DNA of 64,000 nt from Macrostomum hystrix. Its lineage: Eukaryota > Animalia > Platyhelminthes. The position numbers and the translations under genes were made by a program. Positions 24,266 to 37,007 of this stretch are shown piece after piece. The notes under the pieces are model-generated. The model was not told the DNA's origin. It ran no database searches and saw nothing but the letters and a program-made list of their open reading frames with translations. The stretch covers positions 992,001 through 1,056,000 of the forward strand of contig CATNEN010000001.1 of assembly GCA_950097015.1 (NCBI GenBank). Direction: 5' to 3'. Each line of letters begins with the position of its first letter. Within the stretch, counting starts at the first letter, position 1.

Positions 24266-27152
24266 TCAATCAAAATTATGCTCCGCCACTGAGTGCAGCC
24301 GCCGTCGCTTTCCGGCCACCGGTCTACCGTGCAGGACTGCGTCGGCTCGTTGGGTGCTCGCCGCCACCTCCCCACTTCCACCAGCCAGGCTGCTGATGAG
24401 TCCCTGGGTCGGCGGCCTAACTATTGGTCGCATCTCTGCGTCACCTGATGGCACCACAAACCGGCGGACAATATCGCGGCTGCGAATTACTGTGCCCATC
24501 TCGGTGGCCATCTGGGCATTGTGCCCATAATTGTACCGGATGACAGCTGCAGATGTGCCGTGCGCTCTGGCGAACATATCCAGCTGCTCCGGCTCCATCA
24601 TGAGCACTACGGCACAGAGGGTGCGACGCCAGTGCGTGGCCACATAGTGCCGACCCAGTACTCGCTGCCCGCCTGCGCTGATCATGCGGCTCATTGCCGA
24701 CTGGCTGTACACACCGCCGAACACATCAATGAAGACGGTCGGCGACTCCGGTTGCTCGATGCCGCGAGCAGCAAGCGACGGCACGATATATTCGTCGTGC
24801 AGGCGCAGCAAGGCCTCGCAGAATATATCCGGCAGCACCATCCTGGCTGGGTCGCCGGAGTGTCCGACCTTGTGCGGCACTTCACGCAGCGGCAGGACGA
24901 GATGCGAGTGCCCAGCCAGATCGGCAGCGGACGGCCCGCTCCCCCCATCTGCACTTTGCGTGTGTTGGCGGAACAGCTGTTTTTGGTCGGCCGACGCGTT
25001 TCGCCGAACCGAACGGTCGACCAGGTGTCGCCGTCTCAAGTATATCCACGGCAGAAGTCGCAGTGCCTGCTCGACGCTGCAGTAGAAAAGCATCTCCTGC
25101 ACTATCCGCCGCAGACATACCATCCGGCGACTGAAGGCGCCATCATCTGCTTCGCCGTTGTCTTTAGTGTCATCAGCGATGCCATCAGCGACCACACCTG
25201 CTGCCTGCATGCCCCATTCGCCGTCGACTGGCAGTGAAGACCAGCTGTGTCTTTGGAGCATGATGAAAAAGCGGTCTCGACGGGCGAACACGGCATCAAC
25301 CTCGTCCACGTTGACGTAGGTGTTCATAAATGCCACCTGCCGCTCATTGTGGCCAAGCTTGTAGACGGCCTGCATAGTATAAATGTGGTTGCGTTTACTT
25401 CTAGTAGATAGCAGCACGAAACCAAATAGAACTAACTGTCATTAATGCAGCTGCTGTGCAGCTATAGCCTACCTGCTGTATGGCTCGGACATTGCCGAAC
25501 TCGCCACGAGCCTGCTGCACCACGCTGCTAAGGCGGGCGATGAGAGCCTGCTCAGCCGCCAGCGGGTTGTTGGCCTTCTGCGCCAACTGCATTCTCCAGC
25601 AGACGCCACTGCCGACAGAGTCGACGTCCTCAATAGCAGGGCGCTCGGTGTCAGGCGAGGGTGAGTCGATGCTGCAGAACAGCTCGGCTTCGCGCAAGCC
25701 AACGGCGGCCATGATGGCATTGGCGCCTCGCAGGCCCCTCACGCGTAGCCAGCCCTCCTTGCAGCGGCAGATGCTGACAAGCTCCTGGCACTTGCGCGCA
25801 GCAGTCGACTGGGCCAGCTGCATGGCGTCACCGACTGTTTCAGCGCTGAAGCAGTCCTGCACCCTGTCCGGCTGAAGCAGCAGGTCTGCAAGCGATATGC
25901 CCGCTCGCTGCCAGGTGCGTAGAAGCGTCGAGCTCACGGACCTGCTGATGTCGCGCCAACGCTGCTGGTGGCACAAGTTGGCCGCAATCCTGGCCCGCGA
26001 TGGGTCCCTCCACCATAGCTCCCGCAGGCGTTCCACCGTTGCGGAGATGCTGGGCCGGTCACCCAACGGCTGCAGCAGCTCTGGTGGCACGGGCTTCGCA
26101 GGTGGCGACGTGCGAAAGTGTCGACAGCGCGGACCGCGACGCTGTTGCTGCTGCTTCTGATCGGCTGTCGACGCTTCCTGCTGCAGTTCTGCTCCGAAGA
26201 TGGACTTTTGAAGCCGGTCGAATTCGGCACTGGCCAGTTTTATCTTCAACGCAGCCCACCTTGCTGCAGCTGCTCGACGCTGCCTCGGCGGAGTAGCTGC
26301 CAGCTTCACTAGCGGCCTCTGTGCAGCCGACACCACAGCCGATGACGTGCTGGGACGATTAAGCGCCGACTTAGTGGCCTGCACCGCCAACTGCAGACAG
26401 GCAGCCGAAGAGGAAGACTCTGCTGCCACCGTATGGACCGTCGACAGAGTCCGCATTCTGATGCTGGTTCCGGGCAGTAGCTCCTGCAAGCCGACATCGT
26501 CATCTCCATCGTCAGCGTCCTCCTGTGAGGACATTAGCAGCAGCGGCGCAGTCGGGTCAAATAGGCGTCGCCGGACGGCTGGACGGCTGGCTGACGACAG
26601 CCGAGCACTGGCCGCTGACTGTCGACCGTAAACGGACGGCGCGGCGATGCTGTAGAGCTCGGCCAACAGAGACCCAGCCTCGTATTCAGCTGGTTCTGCC
26701 TCTGAAGGCTGCTGCGGAGGCGGTGGTGGCATCTGCTGCGGAGGCGGTGGTGGCATCTGCTGCGGAGGCGGTGGTGGCATCTGCTGCGGAGGCGGTGGCT
26801 GCTGGTGTTCCACAGCAACGGTAGCAACAACAGCTGGCACTGCTGGACAACTGTGCTGCCTTGCTGTCCTACGCAGCACCTTGCCGCAGGCTGGGCACGC
26901 ATGTACATGCTCAGTGTTGGCTGAGCTGCGCGTGTGGGTGCTGCACGTCAGGCAGAGCCAGACCATCTGGGCACGCTGCTTGGCTGACGCCGCTGCCCAA
27001 GATGCCTCGGACGGCCGCACCTTGACTGGGGCATCATCGAGTCGGAATTGGCGCACAGCCTCCTCCGCGTGCCTCCTCAGGAAGTGGCGCTTCGGATGCG
27101 TCTGCGGTCTGCCGTCGCCACAGAAGATGCAGCACGACTCGTTGTCTGTCAT
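24266..27152 (-). CDS. YR-B: zinc-finger plus tyrosine recombinase (exons 27152-25473, 25369-24266; ~927 aa)
   Basis: In-frame GTAGGC...TGCAG intron; candidate catalytic set ALR, HK, THWRR (HxxR), AHGTSAAVIRYNY; N-terminal CIFC..HFLRRH / CPAC; homologous to YR-A. Confidence 0.75.
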
Positions 27153-27415
27153 AGCTATTGTTATTACAAATTGATGCAGTGCCATATAGGTGTATGAACT
27201 GAATTCAGTATACATGCTCAATCAACACATGCTATGTACAGTCCGTTGTGCGTGCATCTAAATAAATATATATATGCCCCTATATCCCATTATGGAATAC
27301 ACTATTTTAAGTGTTGTGCGCGCACATTGTCCCGTACTGTTGTCATCGCTGCTGCATTTATATTCGATTGAGTGCTGCGTTGAGCACATAAATCACTTAT
27401 TTTTATGTTGTACCT

Positions 27416-27446
<31 letters not shown>

Positions 27447-28561
27447 TCCCGGCTGTAAAAATTATAAGCCTCTGAATCATTTATAAATTTTAAAAACATA
27501 ATTTTTCATTTGCTATGTAGTACAATCAGCGTGTGTATGTCAATCAATCGACCTCGTCGAGCAATCAGTTCTATATTATAGAGTTCGATGTTTGGCTGCT
27601 ACATGTATGCCGAGACTCCCCACTGTGAGAGCCCCAGAAGAGGTTTCTTGTTCTCTCACATGCCGATCACATAACGACAGTGCGTCAGTTATTAATTTAG
27701 TCTCTGGCCAAAAGTACTGGCCTCATTTTATGTGCATTCTTACAGACCGCGAATTTATTGGCCTAAATTAAATCGATCGGCAGTCTCTGACCTTGTGGCT
27801 GTGTCCTCTATGGCTTAAAAGTAGCATGTGGCGCGTCTTAATTGGCCAATAGCTCACTGACGCAGACGCAAGCTGCCATAGCACTTAATTCTTGCATACA
27901 TAGAGAATTCACTAAGCACTGTGTTGCGCATAGTGCAACACTTTTAGTCACGCAGGCGGCTATAAGCTCTTTGATATTGTAGTTATTTGAGGAAATAACG
28001 AAGTAAAAGGCGCTCCGACATCTGCTAAATCAAATATTTGAGTTTTTTTTTATTGTAATGTTTTTTATTTGCTATTATTAGTATTATGTTTTTATGTTGA
28101 ACATTCACATTTACAATTTAAAAAAGTACATAATGAATATTAATGAGTAAATAATGAATAATAGTGAATAAAATATTACATTAAGTTACGTTTAAAGACG
28201 GCGAGAAAATCTAAAGGAAGGGAAAATGAAAAGGAAGAGATGTCAAGATAGGAGAGACGAGAGGAAAGGTTGGACAAGAGTAGAGAATGAGGTAAGCACA
28301 AGACCAGGAGAGCCCCTGGGCAGTGGCCTGAGGTCGGACCGAGCTAAGGAACTCTCAGGTCCACTCCCATCGGGGGCAAGAAAAGAAGCAGAAGAAGAGC
28401 TAAATCAGAAATACTGTATACAGCAAAAAACTATCCCCATTTCAATCCCATGTTAAAAATTTATCCCCATTTTGCTTCCATCCATCTCCAAGTCAGTTAA
28501 TCTCCCTGAAACCCCTGTTCCTAATTCATCTCCGATTCTAGGTTCCCATTTGTCGACTTAG

Positions 28562-28915
28562 TTAATTCCGACCTAGGTCCGGCCTAGCACCACCACCACG
28601 ATCGACCCGCTCAGCCCAAGTGCGCAGCCAAAAGTCGGCAATGTTTATTGGCGCAGCCAATAGCTCGCGCACTCTCTCGCGTGTCGGCGGCCCTCTGACG
28701 ACAAATACGCGCCCGTCCTCCATCCGCACGACGGAGATGCCAGGCGTCGACTGTATGGCAGCGATGAAGGACGGGTAGCCGGCTGCCAATACCTCGCCCT
28801 GCGAGACACCAACTGCTCGCATGGAGGTGCACAGTTGGAGCAGCTCGATAACACCACCGCACGAGTCGATGATCATCGAGATGGCTCGGTGCACGACTGC
28901 GCGGATTTCCTCCAT
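28562..28915 (-). CDS. Stand-alone LOTUS/OST-HTH-like protein (117 aa)
   Basis: IIDSCGGVIELLQL...AGYPSFIAAIQSTPGISVVRMEDGRVFV pattern resembles LOTUS domains by eye; upstream TATAAA and downstream AATAAA on the minus strand. Confidence 0.55.
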   Translation of the reverse strand: MEEIRAVVHRAISMIIDSCGGVIELLQLCTSMRAVGVSQGEVLAAGYPSFIAAIQSTPGISVVRMEDGRVFVVRGPPTRERVRELLAAPINIADFWLRTWAERVDRGGGARPDLGRN

Positions 28916-30213
28916 TGTCTAGATTAAATGATGCAAGAAATATAGCTAATCACTGGCTTGAGTCGTCGCTGCCGCATATGCCACCGCCGCAATGGAATCA
29001 GTATTTATAAAACCGTCAGTTCGGTTATATGAAATACACACAATGCAGCAAATTAAAAGAGCAGAGTGAGAGTCAATCTGTGTCAGTATCGGTAGTCAAC
29101 CGATCTCGTTATCAATCATATATATATGTATTGATTTTATCGCATTACAAGTATATGTATAGAGAGTGCATGTGAGTAAATCGTTTAAAAGTTAGCGAAT
29201 ATTTTGTTTGTTAGTTCTTGCTGCTGCTGCTAATTTCCTACTAAGACGGGGCTCCCTCTGAGGGAGAGAGCCCGAAGTTCCAAAAAGAAGCGTGCCCTGC
29301 ACTATATGCGTACTACATTTGTTTACGCTTTAGCAAACCCCTCGAAAAGCTCAGACATTCGATTTTCCAGTGAACAGCACACCCACCCCCTCCAACTCGA
29401 TCTTCCTCCCTCAAAAGCAGTGCCGAGCCAGCCAGACAGACCTGCAGATGGAAAGAGAGACGACTTCGATCGTCTTCAGTCTATGGCCACAGGGGTGACA
29501 TTATCGATTGGTTAAAGCAGACACACTGCTTCTCTTTTTCAAGGCAGAGCAGTGGCCTTCCACACCCTTTTACCATAGACTATGAATTTAGAGACAGGGC
29601 CGCCCCCTTTCGCTTTCGAAGGTTTAAAGAAAGGGTGGCAAGCAAAGTAGCAGTCTTTTAGTTTTAGCCCGGCCCAACTGCTCGATCGAACTGCAGCTTA
29701 CAGTCAAATATAATTCAGAGATTCATTCACAATTCGAATCAACAGTCTGCCTTCTATTTGCTTGGACTATATTAAAACAGGCTACAGATATAATATCGAC
29801 AGAGAGCCACAGGATCTATTATTATGTCAACAGCAAGCATTAGGATCTAATATATTTCTAGGCAGCTCAGAACTGCATAACACTTACAGAGATTACTAAT
29901 ATATTATAATTATAGAGAACTGCATGCGCTATTATCTATTAGATTAACAGACCGATTGTTATATGTATACAAATACTAATTGAAGGGCCTATTATATATA
30001 CAAAGACTAATCTGAGGGCCTATTATATTAACACAGCTTGTAATGCATATTTATGAACAGATACTTATATGGCCTATTTAAAATACATAGCCTTTTTCTT
30101 ATTTGCAGCGCAACAGACAGCATCAGCAGAAGCATCAGCAGAAGCAACCGACAGCATCAGCAGAAGCATCAGCAGTAGCAGCAGTAGCAGCTCAGTAGCA
30201 GCTCAACAGCTCT

Positions 30214-30730
30214 AGCAGCATCAGTACCAGCAGCCAGCCCCATCTGCCCGTGCCCACTTCGAGGTGCAGCAGAAGCAGCAGTACCAGCAGCCAACCCCGT
30301 CCGCCTGTGCCCACTTCGAGGTGAGATAAAAATTAAATTGTACAGCTGGATAGCATTAGTTAGCCTCAGCAACTATATTCGAGTAGACTTTAGCGTCGAA
30401 ATTATATTCTAATTGCTTTTTTCCATGCTCATCCTCAGCTCAGTGCAGCTAAACCGGCCGGCACCAGCCAGCAGCATCAGTAGCCGAAGCCAGCCCCGTC
30501 CGCCTGTGCCCATTTGCCAAGCAGCAGCAGTAGCAGCAATAGCAGCAGTAGCAGCAGTTGCAGCACAAGCAGCAGAAGCAGCAGTACCAGCAGCCAGCCC
30601 CCGTCCGCCTGTGCCCACTTCGAGGTGAGATAAATATTCAATTGTACAGCTGGATAGCATTAGTTAGCCTCTGCGAAATATAATCGAGTAGACTTTAGCA
30701 TAGAAATTATATTCTAATTGCCTTTCCGTG
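30214..30730. repeat. Local direct duplication (~150 bp) within AGC-rich sequence
   Basis: GTGCCCACTTCGAGGTGAGATAAA...ATTATATTCTAATTGC at ~30307-30417 and ~30611-30721. Confidence 0.7.
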
Positions 30731-31260
30731 TTTTTTGCTTGTCGTCGCTGCCGCCGCCAGTCAAAGTTAAATAAAATTATTGAATGTCATAAGACATAGA
30801 GTCTGTGTCAATCAGTGTCAATCAGTCAGTCAATCGATCTCGAACGAAACAATACATTCAGTATACTGTACACTGCTGCTGCTCTAATGCAATATCAATA
30901 ACGAGAGAAAAAGAGTGCTTGCGAGCAAAGCCATAGAGGAAGCGTGGTCTTCCCAGTTCTAAAAATAGCTGCAGAGCTAGCGCGTGAATTTAAATACGCG
31001 TGAATTTAAATACACTGTTTACGTTGTTATAAACGAGAGAAGATGAAAGTGATTTTAGGAAGGCCTTTATGTTCATTTTTTGTCTTAATCTGAATTCCGA
31101 ATAAATAAATCTAAATAGTAAGCTAAATGGAGCAGAACTGAACTGCTGCGCACTGAAATATAAGCGCTATACGAAAATTGCTGTTTGCGTTTCAATGAGG
31201 CCCAAATGGCTCTCCGAAAAGACCGAATAATGAGTCGAAAAAAGCTGGGCAAAAATCTGA

Positions 31261-31641
31261 AAATTAGGAAAGTATATTGACAAATTTCCCTCCTTCACCG
31301 CGGCGTTCCGGGAACACGTACTGGCCTCCGCTGCGGCCGAATTGGAAAGCGCATTGCGAGCAGCGATGGATGCAGCGACAGCAGTGGCGGCAGCGGAGGC
31401 CTGGACGCCGGGACGTCGCGGGAAGGAGGCCGAGATGGCTGCCGCTATGCGGCGGGTCCGGGCGGCCATGGTCCGCATGGCCTGGGCCCGCCGCATAGCG
31501 GCAGGGCTGGATCCATATGTGAGTAGTAGATTTCGATTCCTTTCATTTGAATATTTATGAACACATCTGATAACATCTGAGCTAACAAACTAAATGAAAC
31601 CTAAAAACCCATCCTTTATCCCGCAGCCGGGTGTCCTATGA
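31261..31641 (+). CDS. ORF D paralog (no in-frame ATG at the usual start; last exon 31627-31641)
   Basis: KFPSFTAAFREHVLASAAAELE...AWTP...GLDPY|PGVL*. Confidence 0.55.
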
Positions 31642-32870
31642 CCGGAATGCATCGTGCATCGATGAACCACGTGCATCGTGAACCTTGCTTAGCTGTTTAT
31701 TGTTTAAAGCAGACCATAAAACAATTAATTTTATTTTCTGCACAAAAATACTTGTTGTTTTTGCTGCTTGTGTAATAAAGGCTGCTTGTTAAGCTGTGGC
31801 CTATATCACCTATTATAATAGTGCTACTGGGTCTAATAAAGACATTTATTGCAGTTAGCTAAAAATAATTAAAAATGTTACGTGAAGTTTTTGCAAAATG
31901 TTTTCACAATACATAACTTCTTATCTTGGTTATTTATTTTATCATTATAATAATGAGAACTGACTGTTGGTTATGTGATGTACATTGGCGTTGAGACTTA
32001 CTAGAAGACCGACGTAATAGTAATCGATCAGTCTGATATATAATATCAAGCTAAGTTTATACAAGTTTGTTCAGTTAAAAAATAATAAGAATAATGACGG
32101 AGAACTCGGAGAACTTAAAAAATGTAAATGAAAAATGACAAATAAATTATTATACGCTTGTGCCAAGATAAAGAAAGTTAAGTTTATACGAAGTTGCTCA
32201 TGTAAAAAACATTAATAAAAACGGATTAGTTTTCAAAAAGTAAAGTACAAACGACAAAAAAATTATTACACACTTTCGTATCGCTATAAGATATTCCAAG
32301 ATGCACTATTAAAACGTGCAGACTATAGGTATGTAGTGCATTAAATTCTGCGTATTTTACCAAAGACATATCTGCTTGGTACAGCTCGATTTTTCGCGAT
32401 TTTTTTATTCGTATCCACATTTTTTCTTTCGAAAATACAGTCAGACGTTTTTGGCCGTAGACACAAAAACGACTGCATATAATTCATATTGTATGCAGTA
32501 TTTTTGCAAAAGTTCTTCAAGTAGCGTGGCTATATCTATGGTATTTTCGCGAATATAGCCAGACATTTCATCTATAATTAGTGTTTGCGCACTGCCAACT
32601 TTTTTTTCGCAAAAATACATACATATTAAGTCAAAACGAAAACAAGTTGACTACTTGAGATCTGTGTATAATGTGGCAGTGGTAAAAAGGTAAGAAGGCT
32701 CTTGTGGAAGACAGTATCGTCACACCGGACTGCTACGGTATTGTAGTGTATAGTGATTCGGTGTGACGGTTCCGTGGTTCACATACTGCGACATGTCACA
32801 TACTGGTTGAACAGTAGAATGTATTTTCGCGTCCTTCAACGGAAGCTGCTAAGATATCAGCTGGCTATTA

Positions 32871-32965
32871 CTCACGCACTGCCATCAGGCCGCACGTTAG
32901 TCAGATTTCAGCTTTTTTCTGAATGCTTTCAGCTGGCTAACGTGCGGCCTGATGGCAGTGTGAGC
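32871..32965. other. Hairpin copy 2 with compensatory changes
   Basis: CACTGCCATCAGGCCGCACGTTAG (32877-32900) / CTAACGTGCGGCCTGATGGCAGTG (32937-32960). Confidence 0.9.
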
Positions 32966-33497
32966 AGTCAGCATTGCTCTGCACCGGTCATCCGTTTTAA
33001 AATATAAATAAATAATAAATATAAATAATTTAGTGTTTGTTATTTGTATAATCGTTAAAAGTACACAACTTCTTATCTTGTTTATTCTATCATTAAAATA
33101 ATATGAACTGAACTGACTGGCGGTTATGCGGTGTACATTGGCGTTGAGACTTATTACAAGACCGACGTAATCGTAATCGATCAGTCTGAGATATTATGTT
33201 TGTATTTATATTGCGCAAAACCTGAGAATAATGAAGTAGACTTAAAACTAAAATTGATGTAATAAGAATAGACAGTAGTGGAATCAAATCGCTTAGAATC
33301 AAATCGCGTAAAAGTTTACCTTTCTTAGTTTTTTCTTATATCTACGTATATTAAATCAATCGATTAAATCAAGTTCAGTCTGAATTTATTATCAGTGAGT
33401 CAGTCGATTATTCAGCCAGCCAGCCAGCCAATCAGCCAGTAGACAGACAAAGCAGCCCAATCTGAGTTGCACGCCGAGCCAATTGAATTGAATGAAA

Positions 33498-34733
33498 TCA
33501 ATTGCCGCACAGACATTGTCGCGTCTTGATCAATCGGCCGTGTCTTGACACTGTCGTAGTCAATATATTGTGTGTGCATATACAATACGAGCGTCTAGAT
33601 GCATGCAAAGCATCAGTCGCAGGTATAGTAGATTGCGATGACTGCACATCACTGATTGACATTGCGACATCGTCGTCAAGGTCGGCGGTCAGAACCAATT
33701 CTGCTGCGGCATCGGCATCTCCTTGCGGCACTGTCACATCAGATAGCTGTTCATCAGAATCGTTGTTGACATCAGCAATGATGATCTCCATTGCGACATC
33801 AAACATGTCATCGATGTGACTTGCTTCGGAATGGGCAGCGAAATCCGATCCAGCAGCAGCAGCAACACAATCCGTATTGGTAGACAGAAATTGCATAGCG
33901 GCAGGTTGCATCAAGTCGAGCAGAATCTGCGCCATTTCAATGTCATCACCGTGACCGGATGATGTACCAATACACACTGACTGCGTGCTGACATTGGCTT
34001 CGATTGAAACATCGGTCACACCGTTTTGTGCACTGACACCAACTGTCGCTGTTGTTACTCTTGGCGGACAGACAGGAATAAAAACAGGTAGCGGCACCGG
34101 AACGAAATACGGCACCTCGACAGTTGGAATCGGCAACATAGGCATCGCTGGTGATCCGATTGGCTCAATTTGCAAAATTGGCATTGATGGCGATGGTACT
34201 GGCGAGTGATCCGATTGGATTGTTTCTGCTGCTGCTTCAATCGCATTGTGATTAAGCGGAGTAGATGTACAAATTGGATGCCGTACTGATCCAATTGACA
34301 CGCTGTCCGCTTGGCTCACATGTTCAGCAGGCTCGTCAGTACTTGTTGCATAGATGATGCCTGATTCAGCTGCGCTATCTTCTATGATGATAGTTTCTGC
34401 TGGCTGCTCTGCTGCTGACTGCTCTGCTGATGGCTGCTCTGCTGCTGGCTGCTCTGCTGCTGGCTGCTCTGCTACTGGCTGCTCTGCTACTGGCTGCTCT
34501 GCTGCTGGCTGCTCTGCTGCTGGCAGTCGACGGGCAATGTAGCGCTCGTGCATATAGTCGACAATCTCGCCGACCACAGCTGGTAGTGGATCCAGTTGTT
34601 CAAGCTGGACCACTTCGCCCATTGCCGCTGCTCCCGCCACTGCCACTGGCTGAGCTGGTTGGCCACCGACGCGACGCTGCGGATTCCGCTTACATCTATA
34701 TAGATGATGCAACATGTTGGACGTTATTTTGTT
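33498..34733 (-). pseudogene. ZF-A copy truncated at its 5' end by the left end of the complete unit
   Basis: Identity to 46802-48349 stops at ...GTTATTTTGTT, followed by CCTAAAATG. Confidence 0.85.
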
Positions 34734-35691
34734 CCTAAAATGTTGAAAGGGGGGGTCTGGTCAAGGCAAAGGGGTGTCTGGTCCAGCCAAGCCCCAGCCA
34801 AGGCCCCAGCAAGACCAAAACGGACCTCTGTTGTACGTGTATTCTAAATCGGTGCGAGTTTTCCCCAGAGACGACGACCCTAATTGGGATAGCCTTTATA
34901 AAATGTTCTATATTTAGAAATACACTACGGAGATAAAAAAAAAGGTCATTCGGCTTTTACAGCCATAGACGTGTGCAAGAAATACACTAAGGAGATAAAA
35001 AATGTCTTTTCAGCTACGCATGCGCCTGCTGTAAGTAGTAGCTATAGCAGTGCAGAAACTGGCTAGTCAGTGAGTTGCAGAAATTTGGATTTCGGCTTTG
35101 GTTTTTGGCTTTGGTGCTGTCGCATATTCTAAGTCTATCCTGAAGTCGCAGCAGCAAGTTGGCGGATAGTGAAAGCGAGGGATAGTGAAGAGAGGATCAA
35201 ATCGAAGGAAGGGGAGGAAAGCAAAAGTAGGTTGACTGCACAGATTGTAGATTTGTACTGATGTGTTACTTTCGCGAAAAAATATTTGGAGGATAGTATA
35301 CAGGAGGAAAGTGAAAGCGAGGGAGAGTGAAGAGAGGATCAGGATCATCAGATCCTGAATCAGAATCCAGAATCCTGAATCCAGATTCCAGAATCATCAG
35401 ATTAAAGGAAGGGGATCAGGAAAGCGAAGGTATAGGGGAGGAAGCTAGGACAGAGTGAAGGGAGGATATGAGAGTGAGACACCATGCACCACCTACCCAA
35501 CCTGCACCTGCACTCTGCATCCACCCACCCAACACCACACACCACACCACACCACACCACACACCACACCACACCACACACCACCCACCCAACACCACAC
35601 ACCACACCACACCACACCACACACCACACCACACCACACACCACACCACACACCACACCACACCACACCCTGCAGCAGAACTCCAATTATA

Positions 35692-36284
35692 AGAGTTTAT
35701 GGACTTAGAGAATTTACAATCTGTAAATTCTCGACCGTCCCAAGGCTTAAATAGTGTGGTGAGATTGGGGCGGGATAGAGGGAGCCAGTTAGTATATACT
35801 CTAAAGAAAGGTGCGCGTTGTATATTTTCGCTGGAGGCAATATGATCGACGGAGATTATATCTAGATCGGGCTTGATGACGACTAGTTACTATAATAGAT
35901 GACCGAAAATGCATGGTGTTTCTATTTTTAGCCTAAGGCGCACCTTTCTTAAGAGTATATACTGACTTGCGTGCCCCATAGACTTCAATAGGCTGCCATT
36001 TAAATACACACGAGCCAGCTTGTATATATATACTCTTAAGAAAGGTGCGCCGTAGGCTAAAAATAGAATCGAATCGCCCGGGGTTTAGCCAGCCCGGCTA
36101 TATACTAGCCCCCATATGCCGACGACGACGACGAAGTCAAGTTGCGAAAAAACAGCTCGCGCACCTTTCTTTAGAGTATATATATAATACCTGCATTTAC
36201 TCCACCAGCCACACCAACTAAGCTCTGGGGACGGTCGAAAATTTTATCACTGACATGATAAAATTCTCTAAGTCCGTAAACTCT
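35692..36284. repeat. Large nested imperfect palindrome, complete (593 bp)
   Basis: Outer arms AGAGTTTATGGACTTAGAGAATTT / AAATTCTCTAAGTCCGTAAACTCT; four inner ~24-bp motifs in alternating orientation. Confidence 0.9.
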
Positions 36285-36654
36285 AGTTTATACGTATAGA
36301 CCGAGTGGGCAAGCAGCATCGGCTGCCTGAATCACATATCCGTACATATATGTGATGGATGTCGATTCGAAAACTGACTTGGCTGTGAATAGACTCAAAT
36401 GCTGGTATTTTCGCGAAAAGTGTATTTATTTTCGCAAAAATACTGATATGTTTCCAAAACAAAGGTAAGGGTAGTATTTTTGCAAAACGTTCCTGAACTA
36501 CTCTCTATATTCGCTGAATAAAAATTATCAGTCTGTTAGAAAAAAAATTGTATTAGTGGTCAAGATTTCACCATTTGCAGACAAACGTCATTAAAACTCG
36601 AACATGCGAAAGAAAATAAATATAAATAGCCAGATAACACACTATTTGATTGTT

Positions 36655-36738
36655 AGTGATCTGGCGTGCAGGTCTAAGGCATTTCTCTCTAATACCAGTG
36701 GCTCGGGTTCGAATCCCGGTCAGCCTTACGCTTTTTTT
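36655..36738 (+). ncRNA. tRNA-like putative Pol III unit
   Basis: TGGCGTGCAGGTCTAAGGC, GGTTCGAATCCC, TGATC/GGTCA stem, TATAAATA upstream, T7 downstream. Confidence 0.6.
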
Positions 36739-36924
36739 GTTATTAAAAAAACAGCTAACATTTTACTATCAATGAAAATAAATCTTTACTAGAAATCTAT
36801 TTTTTTATATTCGAATCCCCACGTTTTGTGGATCCCCATTATTATTAACGTACTTTTGCTCGAATACGCCAGTTAAGAAAAGAAAAGCAATATAAATAGC
36901 CAGACAACACACACTTTAATTGTT

Positions 36925-37007
36925 AGTGAACTGGCATGCAGGTCTAATGCATTGTCGCTAGTACAAGTGGCTCGGGTTTGAATCCCATTCACCCAACGCA
37001 TTTTTTT
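36925..37007 (+). ncRNA. tRNA-like unit, B box mutated (GGTTTGAATCCC)
   Basis: Near-identical to 9774-9857. Confidence 0.5.

Larger units (their letters stand above)
17600..31641. mobile_element. Lineage B element (ORF C, palindromic sites, Rep-B, YR-B, LOTUS-like ORF, ORF D); boundaries approximate
   Basis: Protein-level homologs of lineage A Rep, recombinase, ORF C and ORF D; Rep, recombinase and ORF C strongly diverged; same convergent Rep/recombinase arrangement. Confidence 0.7.

Noticed and set aside
35402-35754. Trp/Cys/Val or His/Thr-rich ORFs (also ~900-1550 and 8200-8850)
   Set aside because: Translations of CACAC microsatellite and purine-rich tracts
35800-35820. Bacterial dif site (GGTGCGC resembles the XerC arm)
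   Set aside because: Only 7 bp match; no 6-bp spacer plus XerD arm
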